Below, one piece after another: positions 31,178 to 41,650 of a stretch of DNA of 64,000 nt. The position numbers were made by a program, and so were the translations under genes. Source of the stretch: a virus; the IMG/VR virus record IMGVR_UViG_3300025655_000002, positions 5,508 to 69,507 of that record, one strand, 5' to 3'. The notes under the pieces were generated by a model that made no database searches, was not told where the DNA came from, and was given only the letters and a program-made list of their open reading frames with translations. Positions within the stretch are counted from its first letter, which is position 1. The number at the start of each line of letters is the position of its first letter.

Positions 31178-32920
31178 TTAAGTTAATTGTATTCTAAAGC
31201 TAATTATAGCCTTTCCTCCAGCTGTTGTTTTTGCTGTTGTTAAAGTCATAGTCTGACCTTCAGTAAATGTATTATTAGCAGAAGGTGTTGATGTAAATTG
31301 AGTTCCTATAGCTGAAGAAGCAGTCAATGTTAATGTACCGCTAGTCATAGCTGTGCCTGCATTGTTTTTAGGAACAATAGTAGCGTCATCTGTTGCTGCT
31401 ATAGCTTTAGATACAGAAGCGTTAAATGACACAACAGTACACTTTGGCATAGTAACCTTCATGTCTCCAACTTCTGATGTCTCAAATGAAACATTTACAT
31501 ACTTCCATTGGTGCTCTAAATTTGATTCAACCTTAGCTACAGTAACACTATCATCGGTATAATCAGCAGTATTTAATTGAAATGAATAAGAGGCTCCTGG
31601 GTCTAAATTCGGAGATACCCAAGAGTACCATCCAGCAGACCTGTATTCTGCCCTAAATATTAACCCTCCAGTTAAAGCCTGCTCGTCTGTTAGAGTTATT
31701 CCAAATATTGTTAAATTATTACCGCTTGTAGTTATAGATGAGTCAAATATTAATTCAAAATAATCTCCATTAACTCCAGTCCCTAAAGCGTATGTGGTGT
31801 TTCCAGTTAGTGTAGCTGCTCCAGTTAATTTTTGAAGCTTACTGTCTGTTCCTCCATTAAAAGTAGTTGTACCGCTAGTTGCTGTTGCTGCTGTGTTATA
31901 TGTTTCAATACCGAAAAAACCAAATCCAGCCGTTCTGTAATCAGCTGTAGCGCCTAATGCAGAAGATGTTCTGCCTAACTCATACCATGAGCCATCTGCC
32001 TCAAGTTGAAGCCAAATAGCGTCCTCTGTATTGCCAGTATCGAAATCTAAATCACTTGTTAACTGTATGTTTCCAGCATTATCTTTTACAGTTGTAACTC
32101 TTCCAGAATCAGCACCCTTAATAATAACTATATCGTAAGTAGCAAATCCTTTATTATTAATGCTATTTAAGTCGTCAGTAGATGCTGCACTCTCTGTGTC
32201 TACCGTTAGAACACTTATTGTTGATGCTCTTGTAGGTGAAATAGACCCACTTGATATAGATATGCTTTCAGATGCAATAGAACTATTCATTGCTCTTCCC
32301 ACGATGTAGTCTGTTATTTCAACAGCATTAGATAAACTGTCCTCTGTAGCAGTGCCCAACCCAGCACATCCGCTAGAGTTGTAATCTGCATCTAAAAAGA
32401 ATCTGTAACCGTAATCGCTATTATAAACAGTTGACCCGTCAGTACCTCCATTAACTTCAGTTGTCGTGTATGTCATATTACCAGTATTGGTAACTATGGC
32501 ACTAAGTGCGTTATGAGCAGAACCTATAGCTACCTCTCCAGTAATAAATACTGTATCTCCAACAGATACAGCTACATAATCCTCTCCAGCTCCGTCATCA
32601 TAGCTATTCATGGCTGTAGCTATAGACGCAGCTAAAGATGAAGCTGTTGTTGCTCCAGTATAAGCTATGGCTGCTCCTATTTGGTTTATACTGTTTACTG
32701 TAACTGCGGATATAGAACCAACACCTGTTACTCCTGTTATACGTATTTTACCTGTAGGTCTTTTATTTAATCCAACAGACCTGGCTTGAACGCCTTCTAC
32801 AAGTACTGTTCTAACAGAGTCACTGCTGTTTATTCTTGCCTTTATAATACTGGTTCCATTTGGGTCTACAGTGTAAATAAAACCGTATCCAGAACCTAAA
32901 TCATGTATACCTTTAGCCAT
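31178..32920 (-). CDS. Tail/fibre structural protein
   Basis: 580 aa, Thr/Gly/Ser-rich; VDTE.AA.TDDL..I module. Confidence 0.6.
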   Translation of the reverse strand: MAKGIHDLGSGYGFIYTVDPNGTSIIKARINSSDSVRTVLVEGVQARSVGLNKRPTGKIRITGVTGVGSISAVTVNSINQIGAAIAYTGATTASSLAASIATAMNSYDDGAGEDYVAVSVGDTVFITGEVAIGSAHNALSAIVTNTGNMTYTTTEVNGGTDGSTVYNSDYGYRFFLDADYNSSGCAGLGTATEDSLSNAVEITDYIVGRAMNSSIASESISISSGSISPTRASTISVLTVDTESAASTDDLNSINNKGFATYDIVIIKGADSGRVTTVKDNAGNIQLTSDLDFDTGNTEDAIWLQLEADGSWYELGRTSSALGATADYRTAGFGFFGIETYNTAATATSGTTTFNGGTDSKLQKLTGAATLTGNTTYALGTGVNGDYFELIFDSSITTSGNNLTIFGITLTDEQALTGGLIFRAEYRSAGWYSWVSPNLDPGASYSFQLNTADYTDDSVTVAKVESNLEHQWKYVNVSFETSEVGDMKVTMPKCTVVSFNASVSKAIAATDDATIVPKNNAGTAMTSGTLTLTASSAIGTQFTSTPSANNTFTEGQTMTLTTAKTTAGGKAIISFRIQLT

Positions 32921-34524
32921 TATGCTTGTATTTTAAATATTAATTCAAATGACGTGTAATCCTGAATTGCTAAACCAGAAATAGGCGCTCCGCTCATATC
33001 TGAAAATCTCATAGTAAAGTCTGAGCTATTCATCTCAACAATGTTTGCTTGAATGTCCTGTATCCAAGATGTAGCACTACCTGTTGTTGGTTTTACAATA
33101 TTTACTATAGACACCTCTGGAAAATAGTCAACCGCTGCAGCTGAAAAGAAATTACTAATTGTAAAGTCTGTTAACTTTGTAGTCCAGTCAGAGAAAGAAG
33201 CGTTGTTGTTGTTTAACACAAACTCCGTTCCTCCAGTCTGATTAACAGAGCCAAATGTAGAACCGTATTCCTTTTGAGCCTCTATGCTTATTGTTGGGAC
33301 AGCAGCGCTGTTCATTGTAAATTTAGCCTTAACAAATATAGACTCAACGTACATTGAATCAACATTGACTTTGTAAGTTTTTGTAACTACACTTCCACTC
33401 ACTGAAGGTGTAACATCTACTGAAGAAACATTGTCTCCAGCAGACACATCTGTGTTGTAAGTGTTTGCTAATTTATTTATATTCTCTGTGTTTAAGCTTA
33501 CTGTGTATGTTTTTGTTCCTGCTCCTGTTGTTGCTGTAACACTTGTTCCTAAACCTTGAGAAACGATAACATCAGTGCCGTTTACCGCTAACCCTGTAAC
33601 CAACTGAGGAGTTCCGTCTCCGCAAGCACATCCTGCCTCGCAGTCCGCTATTTCTAATATTTCAGAAACATAATCAGAAACATGAGAACTTTTTCCGCAT
33701 CTCACTGCGGCTCCAACTAAAGAGGATATAGCTATTATTTCTTCAAACTTTTTATATTCTTGTGCAGCCAATACCAAATTGGTAGATTTGGCCGACTGAT
33801 ATCTATTCCATTGGCTTCTTATGCAACAATATATGTCACATATATCTCCATCGCAAGCCACTTGTATAACCTCACTCCCAGACACCTCGTCAATAAGATA
33901 GATTAAATCATCTGATGACAGAGTATATGTTAATGTAGATGTTAAAGAGCTAGAATGCTCGACAGTAGAATCTGCAACTGTATAAAATTCTGAAGTAGAA
34001 ACAGAAGCTCCAGTTCCACTAACATCAGCTGTTGGAATGGATGGAGGGTAATGTATCTTAAAATCTCTAACAACCGTAGGCGCTATACTATTAACTGTAT
34101 AACTTGTATCATCCGTAGCTGTAAGCAAAGGAGTTATGCAGTCCGCCTCCATGCTTATATCTACTGTTGGGGAAGCATAATTTAACGTTACTGTTTTTAC
34201 ATCAGTTATAGTTACTGGTGTTGATGAATCGTAATACTCTAATGTAATAGTATATAGCCCTTGCTCTGGTAATCCTGCTCCGTCTAATGGTAATGGTATT
34301 AATTTTACACTATTTAAAGAAACATCTGGGTCTATATCTGGGTCTGATGTATTGCTAAGATTATTATAGAAGACCCCTGAAGGAGACTCTACTTTTATTG
34401 TAACAACTACATTTGTATCTGCAGTACCCTGAGCATTGTAGTCTGTTGAATCAGTTACTTTTATATCCTTGATACCTTCGTCATAATGAAAGTATATACT
34501 ATTTTCTACTGTACTAAGTGCCAT
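32920..34524 (-). CDS. Tail structural protein with Cys cluster
   Basis: 534 aa; CD..ICDIYCC...C...C.C cluster; beta-rich. Confidence 0.55.
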   Translation of the reverse strand: MALSTVENSIYFHYDEGIKDIKVTDSTDYNAQGTADTNVVVTIKVESPSGVFYNNLSNTSDPDIDPDVSLNSVKLIPLPLDGAGLPEQGLYTITLEYYDSSTPVTITDVKTVTLNYASPTVDISMEADCITPLLTATDDTSYTVNSIAPTVVRDFKIHYPPSIPTADVSGTGASVSTSEFYTVADSTVEHSSSLTSTLTYTLSSDDLIYLIDEVSGSEVIQVACDGDICDIYCCIRSQWNRYQSAKSTNLVLAAQEYKKFEEIIAISSLVGAAVRCGKSSHVSDYVSEILEIADCEAGCACGDGTPQLVTGLAVNGTDVIVSQGLGTSVTATTGAGTKTYTVSLNTENINKLANTYNTDVSAGDNVSSVDVTPSVSGSVVTKTYKVNVDSMYVESIFVKAKFTMNSAAVPTISIEAQKEYGSTFGSVNQTGGTEFVLNNNNASFSDWTTKLTDFTISNFFSAAAVDYFPEVSIVNIVKPTTGSATSWIQDIQANIVEMNSSDFTMRFSDMSGAPISGLAIQDYTSFELIFKIQA

Positions 34525-34537
34525 TTTTTAATTTTAA

Positions 34538-35110
34538 TTATGCTAATACTGGTGCTGATGTTCCATCTGCAGCATTACCTAACTCTAAAGCAACCCAAGC
34601 CGAGCCGCTCCATTGTAGCAAAGCAAAGTCTCCTGCATCTGCAAAAGTTATAGTTGTTCCACCAGAAAGACTATTTGGAGTTAATGTTCCGTCTCCACCA
34701 TCAGAAACTAACTGTATTTTCTTTAATTGACCCTTCATTACTCCATCCGCTAAAGACCCAGCATTTGCTGCTGTAGTAGTCCATGCTGTGTAATATTCAG
34801 TAACAGTTATAGCTCCAGCTCCTGATAAGTTTTGCTGTGCAGCTATAGGTGTTAATGGAGCGAAAGTTGAACTAGCTCCTCCTATAGCACTCCCAGATAA
34901 CGCTTGAAATAGGTTTGATGTAATCTGGAAATCATCAGAACCAGAAACCTCTATTAATATAGTGTCATCAGTAGTTGCAGATATAGATGTGTCTCCGTCA
35001 GCGTCTAATTTAAGAGCTTTACCAACTCCGAGTAAAGATATAACTCCATCCTCAAGTTTAATGCTAGCTATATATTGAGCGCCAGAAGTTGTTGATTGAT
35101 TAAGTCCCAT
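34538..35110 (-). CDS. Structural (head-fibre/decoration-like) protein; start probably 35110
   Basis: LDADGDTSI and LADG..GQ.K.I...DGGDGTLTP motifs; promoter at 35137-35144 argues for the downstream ATG. Confidence 0.55.
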   Translation of the reverse strand: MGLNQSTTSGAQYIASIKLEDGVISLLGVGKALKLDADGDTSISATTDDTILIEVSGSDDFQITSNLFQALSGSAIGGASSTFAPLTPIAAQQNLSGAGAITVTEYYTAWTTTAANAGSLADGVMKGQLKKIQLVSDGGDGTLTPNSLSGGTTITFADAGDFALLQWSGSAWVALELGNAADGTSAPVLA

Positions 35111-35147
35111 TGTAAATTTTAAATTATTATTCAATACAAAGATAAAC

Positions 35148-35177
35148 AAAAAAAGGGTACTACATAATAGTACCCTT
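35148..35177 (-). terminator. Intrinsic terminator
   Basis: aagggtacta/tagtaccctt stem followed by a U-tract on the minus strand. Confidence 0.75.
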
Positions 35178-35202
35178 AATTATTTTAAAAAACTAACTCT
35201 GA

Positions 35203-36231
35203 CTAATAAATATAGCTAACTATATTATCTTCATTATCTTCTATTGCGGAGATTAAATTCTTCTTGCCGTTGAATTTAAATTTAGGCTCTTCTTCTCCTT
35301 CTACTGGAACTAAAAACCAGTTTCCAGATTGAACCACCTTACCATTCTTAATGGCTCTCTGAACTATTTGCTCTTCTAAAGATTCAGTTTTAGGGACATC
35401 TTTTTCTCTAGATTTCTCTCCTATAGCGATTTTAATGTTTTTTATTATGTCGCCATAATCTTCATTTTTATCAGCCAAATCTGCAAACCAGTCTACAACA
35501 CCCATTCCATGAGGAGCGGTAACAAACGTATCTCCGTCTTTCCATGACAACATCATATTGTCATCAGACATTTTGATGACTCCGTTTTGCAACGCATTGT
35601 AGATTAGAACTTTGTTCTTTAATTCTGGACTCTTTAAGCTGTTTAAAATTACTTCAGGTTTAGTTAAAGCTAAGTTTCTCATTTTAAATCTAAGAGTAAA
35701 CTCTTCTTCAGTTCTAATTGAATCAACTTCGGATTTTGATTTAGCTAAAGCCATCGCTATTCCTCTTAAGTCTTGTATTGGGGCTGTGTTTATAAAGTAT
35801 TCAGCCTCGACATGAACTTGTCTTTTCTTAACTGCATCTTCAGACCTTTTTTCAAGGTCTACAATCTCAAACAATGTGTCTGTTATAGGCATCTTTGTTT
35901 CCTTGTTAGCCTTGTTTTGACCAGAATAATAAAGATACGCAATAAGATTTGTGTCAGATGTTGATGCTTCAAAAGACCCGTATCTAAGTTTTATTTTTTC
36001 TGGTCTTTTCTTTTTATCTTCATCAGTCCATTCGTCAACAAAAATGCTAGGCATTCCTTTAACATATCTTATTAATCTTGTTCTTCCATCGAAATTAATC
36101 TCACATTCGCATGTTACCAATTCGCTAGGAGCCCAATAAGGATATTTATGACTTGGTTTTCTTGCCGTTTGTATTCTTAAAGACGGCTTTTGCAATAACC
36201 CTTTTAGTTCGGGTGAAAATTCTGTTTTCAT
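35203..36231 (-). CDS. Conserved protein downstream of major capsid gene
   Basis: R.IRY..G.PSIFVDE motif; crAss-like synteny. Confidence 0.6.
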   Translation of the reverse strand: MKTEFSPELKGLLQKPSLRIQTARKPSHKYPYWAPSELVTCECEINFDGRTRLIRYVKGMPSIFVDEWTDEDKKKRPEKIKLRYGSFEASTSDTNLIAYLYYSGQNKANKETKMPITDTLFEIVDLEKRSEDAVKKRQVHVEAEYFINTAPIQDLRGIAMALAKSKSEVDSIRTEEEFTLRFKMRNLALTKPEVILNSLKSPELKNKVLIYNALQNGVIKMSDDNMMLSWKDGDTFVTAPHGMGVVDWFADLADKNEDYGDIIKNIKIAIGEKSREKDVPKTESLEEQIVQRAIKNGKVVQSGNWFLVPVEGEEEPKFKFNGKKNLISAIEDNEDNIVSYIY

Positions 36232-36258
36232 TTTATTTAATTTAGTTTAATATAATTT

Positions 36259-36289
36259 AAAAAGGGAGGACAAACTTAATTGCCCTCCC
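36259..36289 (-). terminator. Intrinsic terminator after major capsid gene
   Basis: gggagg.ca...tgccctccc stem plus U-tract on the minus strand. Confidence 0.7.
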
Positions 36290-36296
36290 AGTATTA

Positions 36297-37727
36297 TTAA
36301 GCTCTCTTAATGTAACCAAATTGGTTTAAAGCTTGAGCTTCTAAAGCAACATGAGATAAGTATCTTACTTCCTCGTAATCATATCCTTCAGCAGAATCTC
36401 TTAACGCATCGAAGTAACTTACAATCATCTCTCTAGACTTGCCTTTTCCAGCTAAGAAACGTTTTCTTAAAGAAGCAACTCTTGTTCCCATCTCTTTTCC
36501 TCCAGCAACTACTTGAGAACCAGAAGGAACAGTAAATGCTTCCCATTTAAACCCGTATCCGTCAGCACCTAAAGTTTGAACATCATTAAATGCTTCCATG
36601 CAGCGCTTGTCGTAAGTATAAGAACCAACTCTAGCTTTAGAGAAGGCTAAGTTAACAGCTTTATCTTGTTCCATAGTAAAAGAACCATAAGAAATAGAGC
36701 CGTCTTTAAATCTGTCCCCAAGCTCTCTGTCTAATTGTTGGTCTAACTCAATACCAGCATTTAAGATGTTGTTCTTTTGAGCTTTCTCAGCATCAATAGT
36801 AACGTTGTAATCATAAATGTCATCTATTGTTAAACCAGAAACAGCAGAGTAGTTTAAGATGTTTCCACCATCGATGATTTGATTCAATAAACCTTTTGTT
36901 AAAGCTAAAGGCTCATGAGTGCTGTAAGTACCATCAATAAAGTCATTTGCAAGACCAGTATTAGCTAGTTTTTCACCAACCAATAAGTTCATATCTACAA
37001 AGTTTACGAACTGAGCATAAGCATCACCTTCACCGCTAATAGCGAATTTAGTTTGTCCTGAGCTCTTCTCTTTAAACCATTTTTTAGTTAACTCTTCAGA
37101 ACCAGTTGTTCTAATTCTATGTTTAATGATTTGTAAGTTCTCTGTGTACTTAGTAGATTTAGTTGACATTGGAGTACTGAATCCAGAGCCTTCACCATGT
37201 CCGTTACCAACGATGATAATTTCGTCAGCAGAAGCAATAGAAGGAATTGCGTCAGCAGAATTTACTGGAGTAGCAGTAAACGCAGTGTTACTTGTTGTTC
37301 CATCAACTAAAGCTAGAATATAAGAACCCATAGAGGCAGTAGTTCCTGAAGCTGGTTTGATTAAAATCAAATCACCCAACTTAACAGTAGTGGTCGCCTG
37401 GTCAGGAGTAGATGAAGTGTCATAAGGAGCCGCAGCAGGAATAGCTACTTTAGCGTCAGCATGAACTGTAAATGAAACCTGAGCACCAGCTGAGCCAGCA
37501 CCTCCATTTGTAGCCTTAATTTTAGGCATAATTCTATCTTTCTCGTAACGAGAAAACTCTAAAGATTCTGTAGCTTTTTTAGCGTTTACAAAATCCAAAA
37601 ACCCAATCATTGAGTTTGCATATCTCTGAACCAATTCATCTTGAATATCTGGTTCGTGTCCCTCATAGTAAGAGACAAAATTGTGGCTGGTTGCAACATT
37701 TAAACCGCCTGTGTTAAAACTTGACAT
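36297..37727 (-). CDS. Major capsid protein (HK97 fold, crAss-like)
   Basis: 476 aa after portal and scaffold; EGS...N.QI.K...TGS and T.GL motifs; followed by a terminator. Confidence 0.8.
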   Translation of the reverse strand: MSSFNTGGLNVATSHNFVSYYEGHEPDIQDELVQRYANSMIGFLDFVNAKKATESLEFSRYEKDRIMPKIKATNGGAGSAGAQVSFTVHADAKVAIPAAAPYDTSSTPDQATTTVKLGDLILIKPASGTTASMGSYILALVDGTTSNTAFTATPVNSADAIPSIASADEIIIVGNGHGEGSGFSTPMSTKSTKYTENLQIIKHRIRTTGSEELTKKWFKEKSSGQTKFAISGEGDAYAQFVNFVDMNLLVGEKLANTGLANDFIDGTYSTHEPLALTKGLLNQIIDGGNILNYSAVSGLTIDDIYDYNVTIDAEKAQKNNILNAGIELDQQLDRELGDRFKDGSISYGSFTMEQDKAVNLAFSKARVGSYTYDKRCMEAFNDVQTLGADGYGFKWEAFTVPSGSQVVAGGKEMGTRVASLRKRFLAGKGKSREMIVSYFDALRDSAEGYDYEEVRYLSHVALEAQALNQFGYIKRA

Positions 37728-37752
37728 TTTTTAAATTTTTTAAAATTAATAG

Positions 37753-38895
37753 TTAATTAATATCTCTCATAACTTGCGCTGCCTCAGACAACATTGCATC
37801 TTCTTTTTTAAAGGATTCTCCTTTTTTAAAGTCGATGTTATCTATGCTTTTAACCTCCTCGCTTAATTTAGCGTTAGCTCCCTGAGTATACGCTATAGCG
37901 ACATCTCTTTCATAGTGTATCATCTTGTCTGCGTCAGCAATAAGTTTTTCTATATTTAGTTGTCCATTATCAAACCATCTTCTAATAATCCAAGAAGACC
38001 CATCTTGACCATTCGATATGAAATCCCTGATTTCATTATGGTCGTCTTCGCTAACTGATAATGTTAGCTCTTTTGGTTCTTTCTCTGAGCCTACTTGAAT
38101 CTTTTTCTCAACAAAAGATGAAATCTTTTTGTTGTAAGTTTCAGCTTCTTCCTCTAATTCCTTTTGGGACTTTTGAGGCTGTTTTTTTTCAGATGGATTG
38201 GAATAAACCTCCAAATCACTTATGTTTACTTCTTTCTGAAACTCCTTTAATTCTTTCTTGGCTTTTGAAACGGCTCTAAGAAATGACATTTCAACATCAT
38301 CGTAATCAGATTGTTTTATGTCTCCGTCTTCAATCATTTGCTCAATCTCTTCTTTAGATTTTTTAAGCAAATCATATTTCTTCATTTCATACTTGAGTAA
38401 TCTATCATCTATGTCTGGTTCTTGAAGGTAAAGGTGTTCTTCAATTAAATCAAACTCATCCATGTTATCAAAATCCTTGTTTTGAAATTCTATCACATCT
38501 GCTAGAGTAATATCCTCTCCAAAATTCTCTTTAATAACACTGTCTAAGTCTTCAATTATATTTGACGCATATATCGTCTCATATTCTTCTTCCTCTTCTT
38601 CATCAGACTCTTCATTCAAAGAACGCTCTTCTTTTTTAACATCTTCTTCTTTGGTTTCTTCTTCTTCTTCCTTTTCCTCTTCTTTTTCAGTCTCTTCTTC
38701 TTCTTTTTTAGTTTCTTTTTCTTCACTTTCCTCTTCTTTTTCAGTCTCTTCTTCCTTAGCTTCTTCCTTCTCTTCTTTTACTTCTGCCTCAACCTCATCT
38801 TCTTTAGTTTTTTCAGTATTATCGTTTTTTTCTTGACTTGATTCATCTTCTTTAATTTCCTCAAAGTCACTTTTTGGTGTCCAAAAATCGCTCAT
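37753..38895 (-). CDS. Capsid scaffolding-like acidic protein
   Basis: Very E/K-rich N-terminus; between portal and major capsid genes. Confidence 0.6.
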   Translation of the reverse strand: MSDFWTPKSDFEEIKEDESSQEKNDNTEKTKEDEVEAEVKEEKEEAKEEETEKEEESEEKETKKEEEETEKEEEKEEEEETKEEDVKKEERSLNEESDEEEEEEYETIYASNIIEDLDSVIKENFGEDITLADVIEFQNKDFDNMDEFDLIEEHLYLQEPDIDDRLLKYEMKKYDLLKKSKEEIEQMIEDGDIKQSDYDDVEMSFLRAVSKAKKELKEFQKEVNISDLEVYSNPSEKKQPQKSQKELEEEAETYNKKISSFVEKKIQVGSEKEPKELTLSVSEDDHNEIRDFISNGQDGSSWIIRRWFDNGQLNIEKLIADADKMIHYERDVAIAYTQGANAKLSEEVKSIDNIDFKKGESFKKEDAMLSEAAQVMRDIN

Positions 38896-38982
38896 TTTAT
38901 TTTAAATTTAGTTTAATATAATTTTATTAATACAAAATAATCAATTACATTTGTACATATTGGCTACTATAGTAACATTTTT

Positions 38983-39189
38983 ATGGCTAAATTGAATTGT
39001 AATAAAATAATGAAATTGCGTCTAGCGACTGATATTCCTGTTTGGAGCCTATCTAAACAAACTGGAATATCTAGAAGAATGATTTCTAGAATGGAATCTG
39101 ACGAGAATTATAACCCAGGAGTATTAACAATACTAAGGGTTTCTGAATTTTTTAAAGTTAGGATTGACGACCTATTAATTAAGGATTAA
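38983..39189 (+). CDS. XRE-family HTH regulator
   Basis: LSKQTGISRRMISRME...NP.V.TI.RV..FF.V.IDDL; own TACATTTG promoter at 38946-38953. Confidence 0.8.
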   Translation: MAKLNCNKIMKLRLATDIPVWSLSKQTGISRRMISRMESDENYNPGVLTILRVSEFFKVRIDDLLIKD

Positions 39190-41593
39190 CGCTAGCTTGT
39201 CTTTCTATTGCTTCTACTGGATTTTGATTAACCTTTGGTTTGTCTACCGCAAATGATTCTGCTTCAGATTTTCCTTGCTTCATTTGAATCTCTAGCAATT
39301 TTTGTTTATGATAGCTTTCTCTATCTAATAATTTTATCTTATTAGTAGTTTCGTGGTCATCAAGGTCTTTCTTCAGTCTATTTAGTTCCGCTTGTTTTTT
39401 AATTTCAACTTCAAGCTCTGTTTGCTTTTTAACCTTATCGGCTTCTGCTGCAGCCATGGATGAAGAAGCTTCTCTTTGAGCTGTTATTTGTTCTTTTTGA
39501 GCAAACTCTTCCATTTGTCTTTCAGCATGTCTTTTCTTTCTGTAAATTAGAAGTCTTTCTGCCTTTTTTATATTGTTTATCCTTTTAACCTCAAGATAGT
39601 CTTCAGCACCTATCTCTTTATTTGCAAGAGAAAGTTCTAATACTTTCATTAAGTCTTCTATCTCTTTATCGGTAGGTAATGCTTCAATCTTTATTCCAAG
39701 TTGAGCTATAGCTATTTCGTTAGCAAACTCTATAGCTTTTACTCCAAGCTCCCCTATTATGTTCTCGTATTCTTTAGCACCATCTCCATGCTCAAATTTT
39801 GCCTGAACCATTCTAGAGATTACTTTGCCCATATTGGAAAGTATGCCTTCTGAGTAAGCTTTGTATATTTCTCTAGTCGTGTTGTTTGATGCTAATAATC
39901 TCATTTTCTCAATGCCGATTAGTGCATCCTTATCTGGGGACGAGCCATCTCTAACATCGTTTATACCCGTATTATCTCTTATGTGTTGTATCTCAGCTAT
40001 AATAGAAGAGTCTAGTGCGGCTAAATTTTCAGCAAACGGGTTGTTTAATTCTTGGACAGGTAATCCGTTGGCTGGATTTCCATTTATATCTGTCCTTGTA
40101 AATAGTAGCACACCTTTTTGCTTGTATAGCTTTATTATTCTCATTGGGTCTTCTTCCTTAAGAAGACTCATTACATCAGATATACCTGCCACATCTATAG
40201 CTACCCCAGTAGGAGTCATTTCCGCTATAAGATGTCTCTTTCTTAAAACCAACTCTTGAATATTGTCAAGATGAGGCTTCATTACATCAACTATAGATTT
40301 ATTGCCCCCACTTCTTAGGTTTGGTTGAAAAACAATATATCTTCTTAATAGTTTTGATGAAATCTTACCTCCAGACTTAGTGTATGGTCTTATAATATTT
40401 TTACTTCTTCCATAGCCAATCATTATATCAGAATCAACAACCCACATACCTTCATAAGACATTTCTATGTCTTTATCTATTAAGTCATAATTCTTGCTGC
40501 TTCTTTCTGGAGTCTTATAATCGTATCCTCTTCTTGATATTTCCCTTCTACCAAATCTGTCATCTCTTTCCGACCATTTATACTTGTCTTCTGTATAAAA
40601 TATGAAGTCTAAAACCTCTACCCTAAAATCATTATAAGCATAACTGAAACCGTTATACGTGTGATGCATATCATAATCAGACCCGAATCTCCACTCTGGA
40701 TTTCCGTATTTCTTTTCAGATTTTCGAGCTATCTTAAACCAGTCTTCTTCTTTTATTTTCCCTGATAAGTCTCTCTTTTTAAGTTCTGCTATAGATAACA
40801 ACTTTCTTTCTGCTTGATAATCAGCATCACTATGGTCTTGTTCGTCTGTTGATGACGAGTAATAATCCATAGGTATATCAGAGTAAGATATATTTATTTT
40901 ATTGTTCCTGTCAAAATACAGTCTAACTCCACCTGCTCCGTTCTCTACTATGTCATGTATGACTCTTTTTTTAACCTTTACATCCCAGTCGTTATCATAA
41001 AGTATGAAGTCGCATATTTGCTCCATACCTATTTCTATAGCCTGCTTATACTCAAGACTCATGTATATCTCTATCTCTTCGGCATCCCTAGGAGTGAAGT
41101 TACCCCTACTCTCCAGTATAACACCAGAGGCTTGTTCAAGCATCTTTAGCTCTTTTTCTCTAGCTAATTTAGCGTAGAAGCTATCTCTATCTTTCTTTAC
41201 TTTAGCTTTTGAATATTTGTCTATTGCGTTGAATTGAATCTTATGGTCTTGATTCATCATGTCTCCAACAACTGTGTCGACAAACTTTTTACCTGGAGCG
41301 GCAATACTCCAATCTATATTTATGTGAGACTCATTTCCTTTGTCATCAATCTCTGCGTCAAGGAATGATTTAAACTTATCTATATCTTGTCTGTTCGATG
41401 CATAGGCTCTGTTTTCTGCAGCAATACTTCTTCTGTTTGTACTTAAATCAATTCCTAACCCAGAGTAATATATATTTTTAGCAACTCTCTTACCGAAAGA
41501 ATCTTTTTCTTTTTCTTTAGGGTCTACACTTAGTACTGGAAAAGGATTTTCCTTTATTTTATCCTTCAGAGAAGATTCACTGTATTTGCTCAT
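39179..41593 (-). CDS. Portal protein
   Basis: 804 aa directly after TerL; KFVD.VVG and TGIN..RDGS.P..AL.G motifs. Confidence 0.8.
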   Translation of the reverse strand: MSKYSESSLKDKIKENPFPVLSVDPKEKEKDSFGKRVAKNIYYSGLGIDLSTNRRSIAAENRAYASNRQDIDKFKSFLDAEIDDKGNESHINIDWSIAAPGKKFVDTVVGDMMNQDHKIQFNAIDKYSKAKVKKDRDSFYAKLAREKELKMLEQASGVILESRGNFTPRDAEEIEIYMSLEYKQAIEIGMEQICDFILYDNDWDVKVKKRVIHDIVENGAGGVRLYFDRNNKINISYSDIPMDYYSSSTDEQDHSDADYQAERKLLSIAELKKRDLSGKIKEEDWFKIARKSEKKYGNPEWRFGSDYDMHHTYNGFSYAYNDFRVEVLDFIFYTEDKYKWSERDDRFGRREISRRGYDYKTPERSSKNYDLIDKDIEMSYEGMWVVDSDIMIGYGRSKNIIRPYTKSGGKISSKLLRRYIVFQPNLRSGGNKSIVDVMKPHLDNIQELVLRKRHLIAEMTPTGVAIDVAGISDVMSLLKEEDPMRIIKLYKQKGVLLFTRTDINGNPANGLPVQELNNPFAENLAALDSSIIAEIQHIRDNTGINDVRDGSSPDKDALIGIEKMRLLASNNTTREIYKAYSEGILSNMGKVISRMVQAKFEHGDGAKEYENIIGELGVKAIEFANEIAIAQLGIKIEALPTDKEIEDLMKVLELSLANKEIGAEDYLEVKRINNIKKAERLLIYRKKRHAERQMEEFAQKEQITAQREASSSMAAAEADKVKKQTELEVEIKKQAELNRLKKDLDDHETTNKIKLLDRESYHKQKLLEIQMKQGKSEAESFAVDKPKVNQNPVEAIERQASVNP

Positions 41594-41650
41594 CTAACAA
41601 AATATAAATATTTTAACAAAGATATGAAAATATTCTGTATATTCCCATTA

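Noticed and set aside
38580-38860. Tandem repeat / low-complexity DNA
   Set aside because: Explained by the E/K-rich N-terminus of the scaffold-like protein
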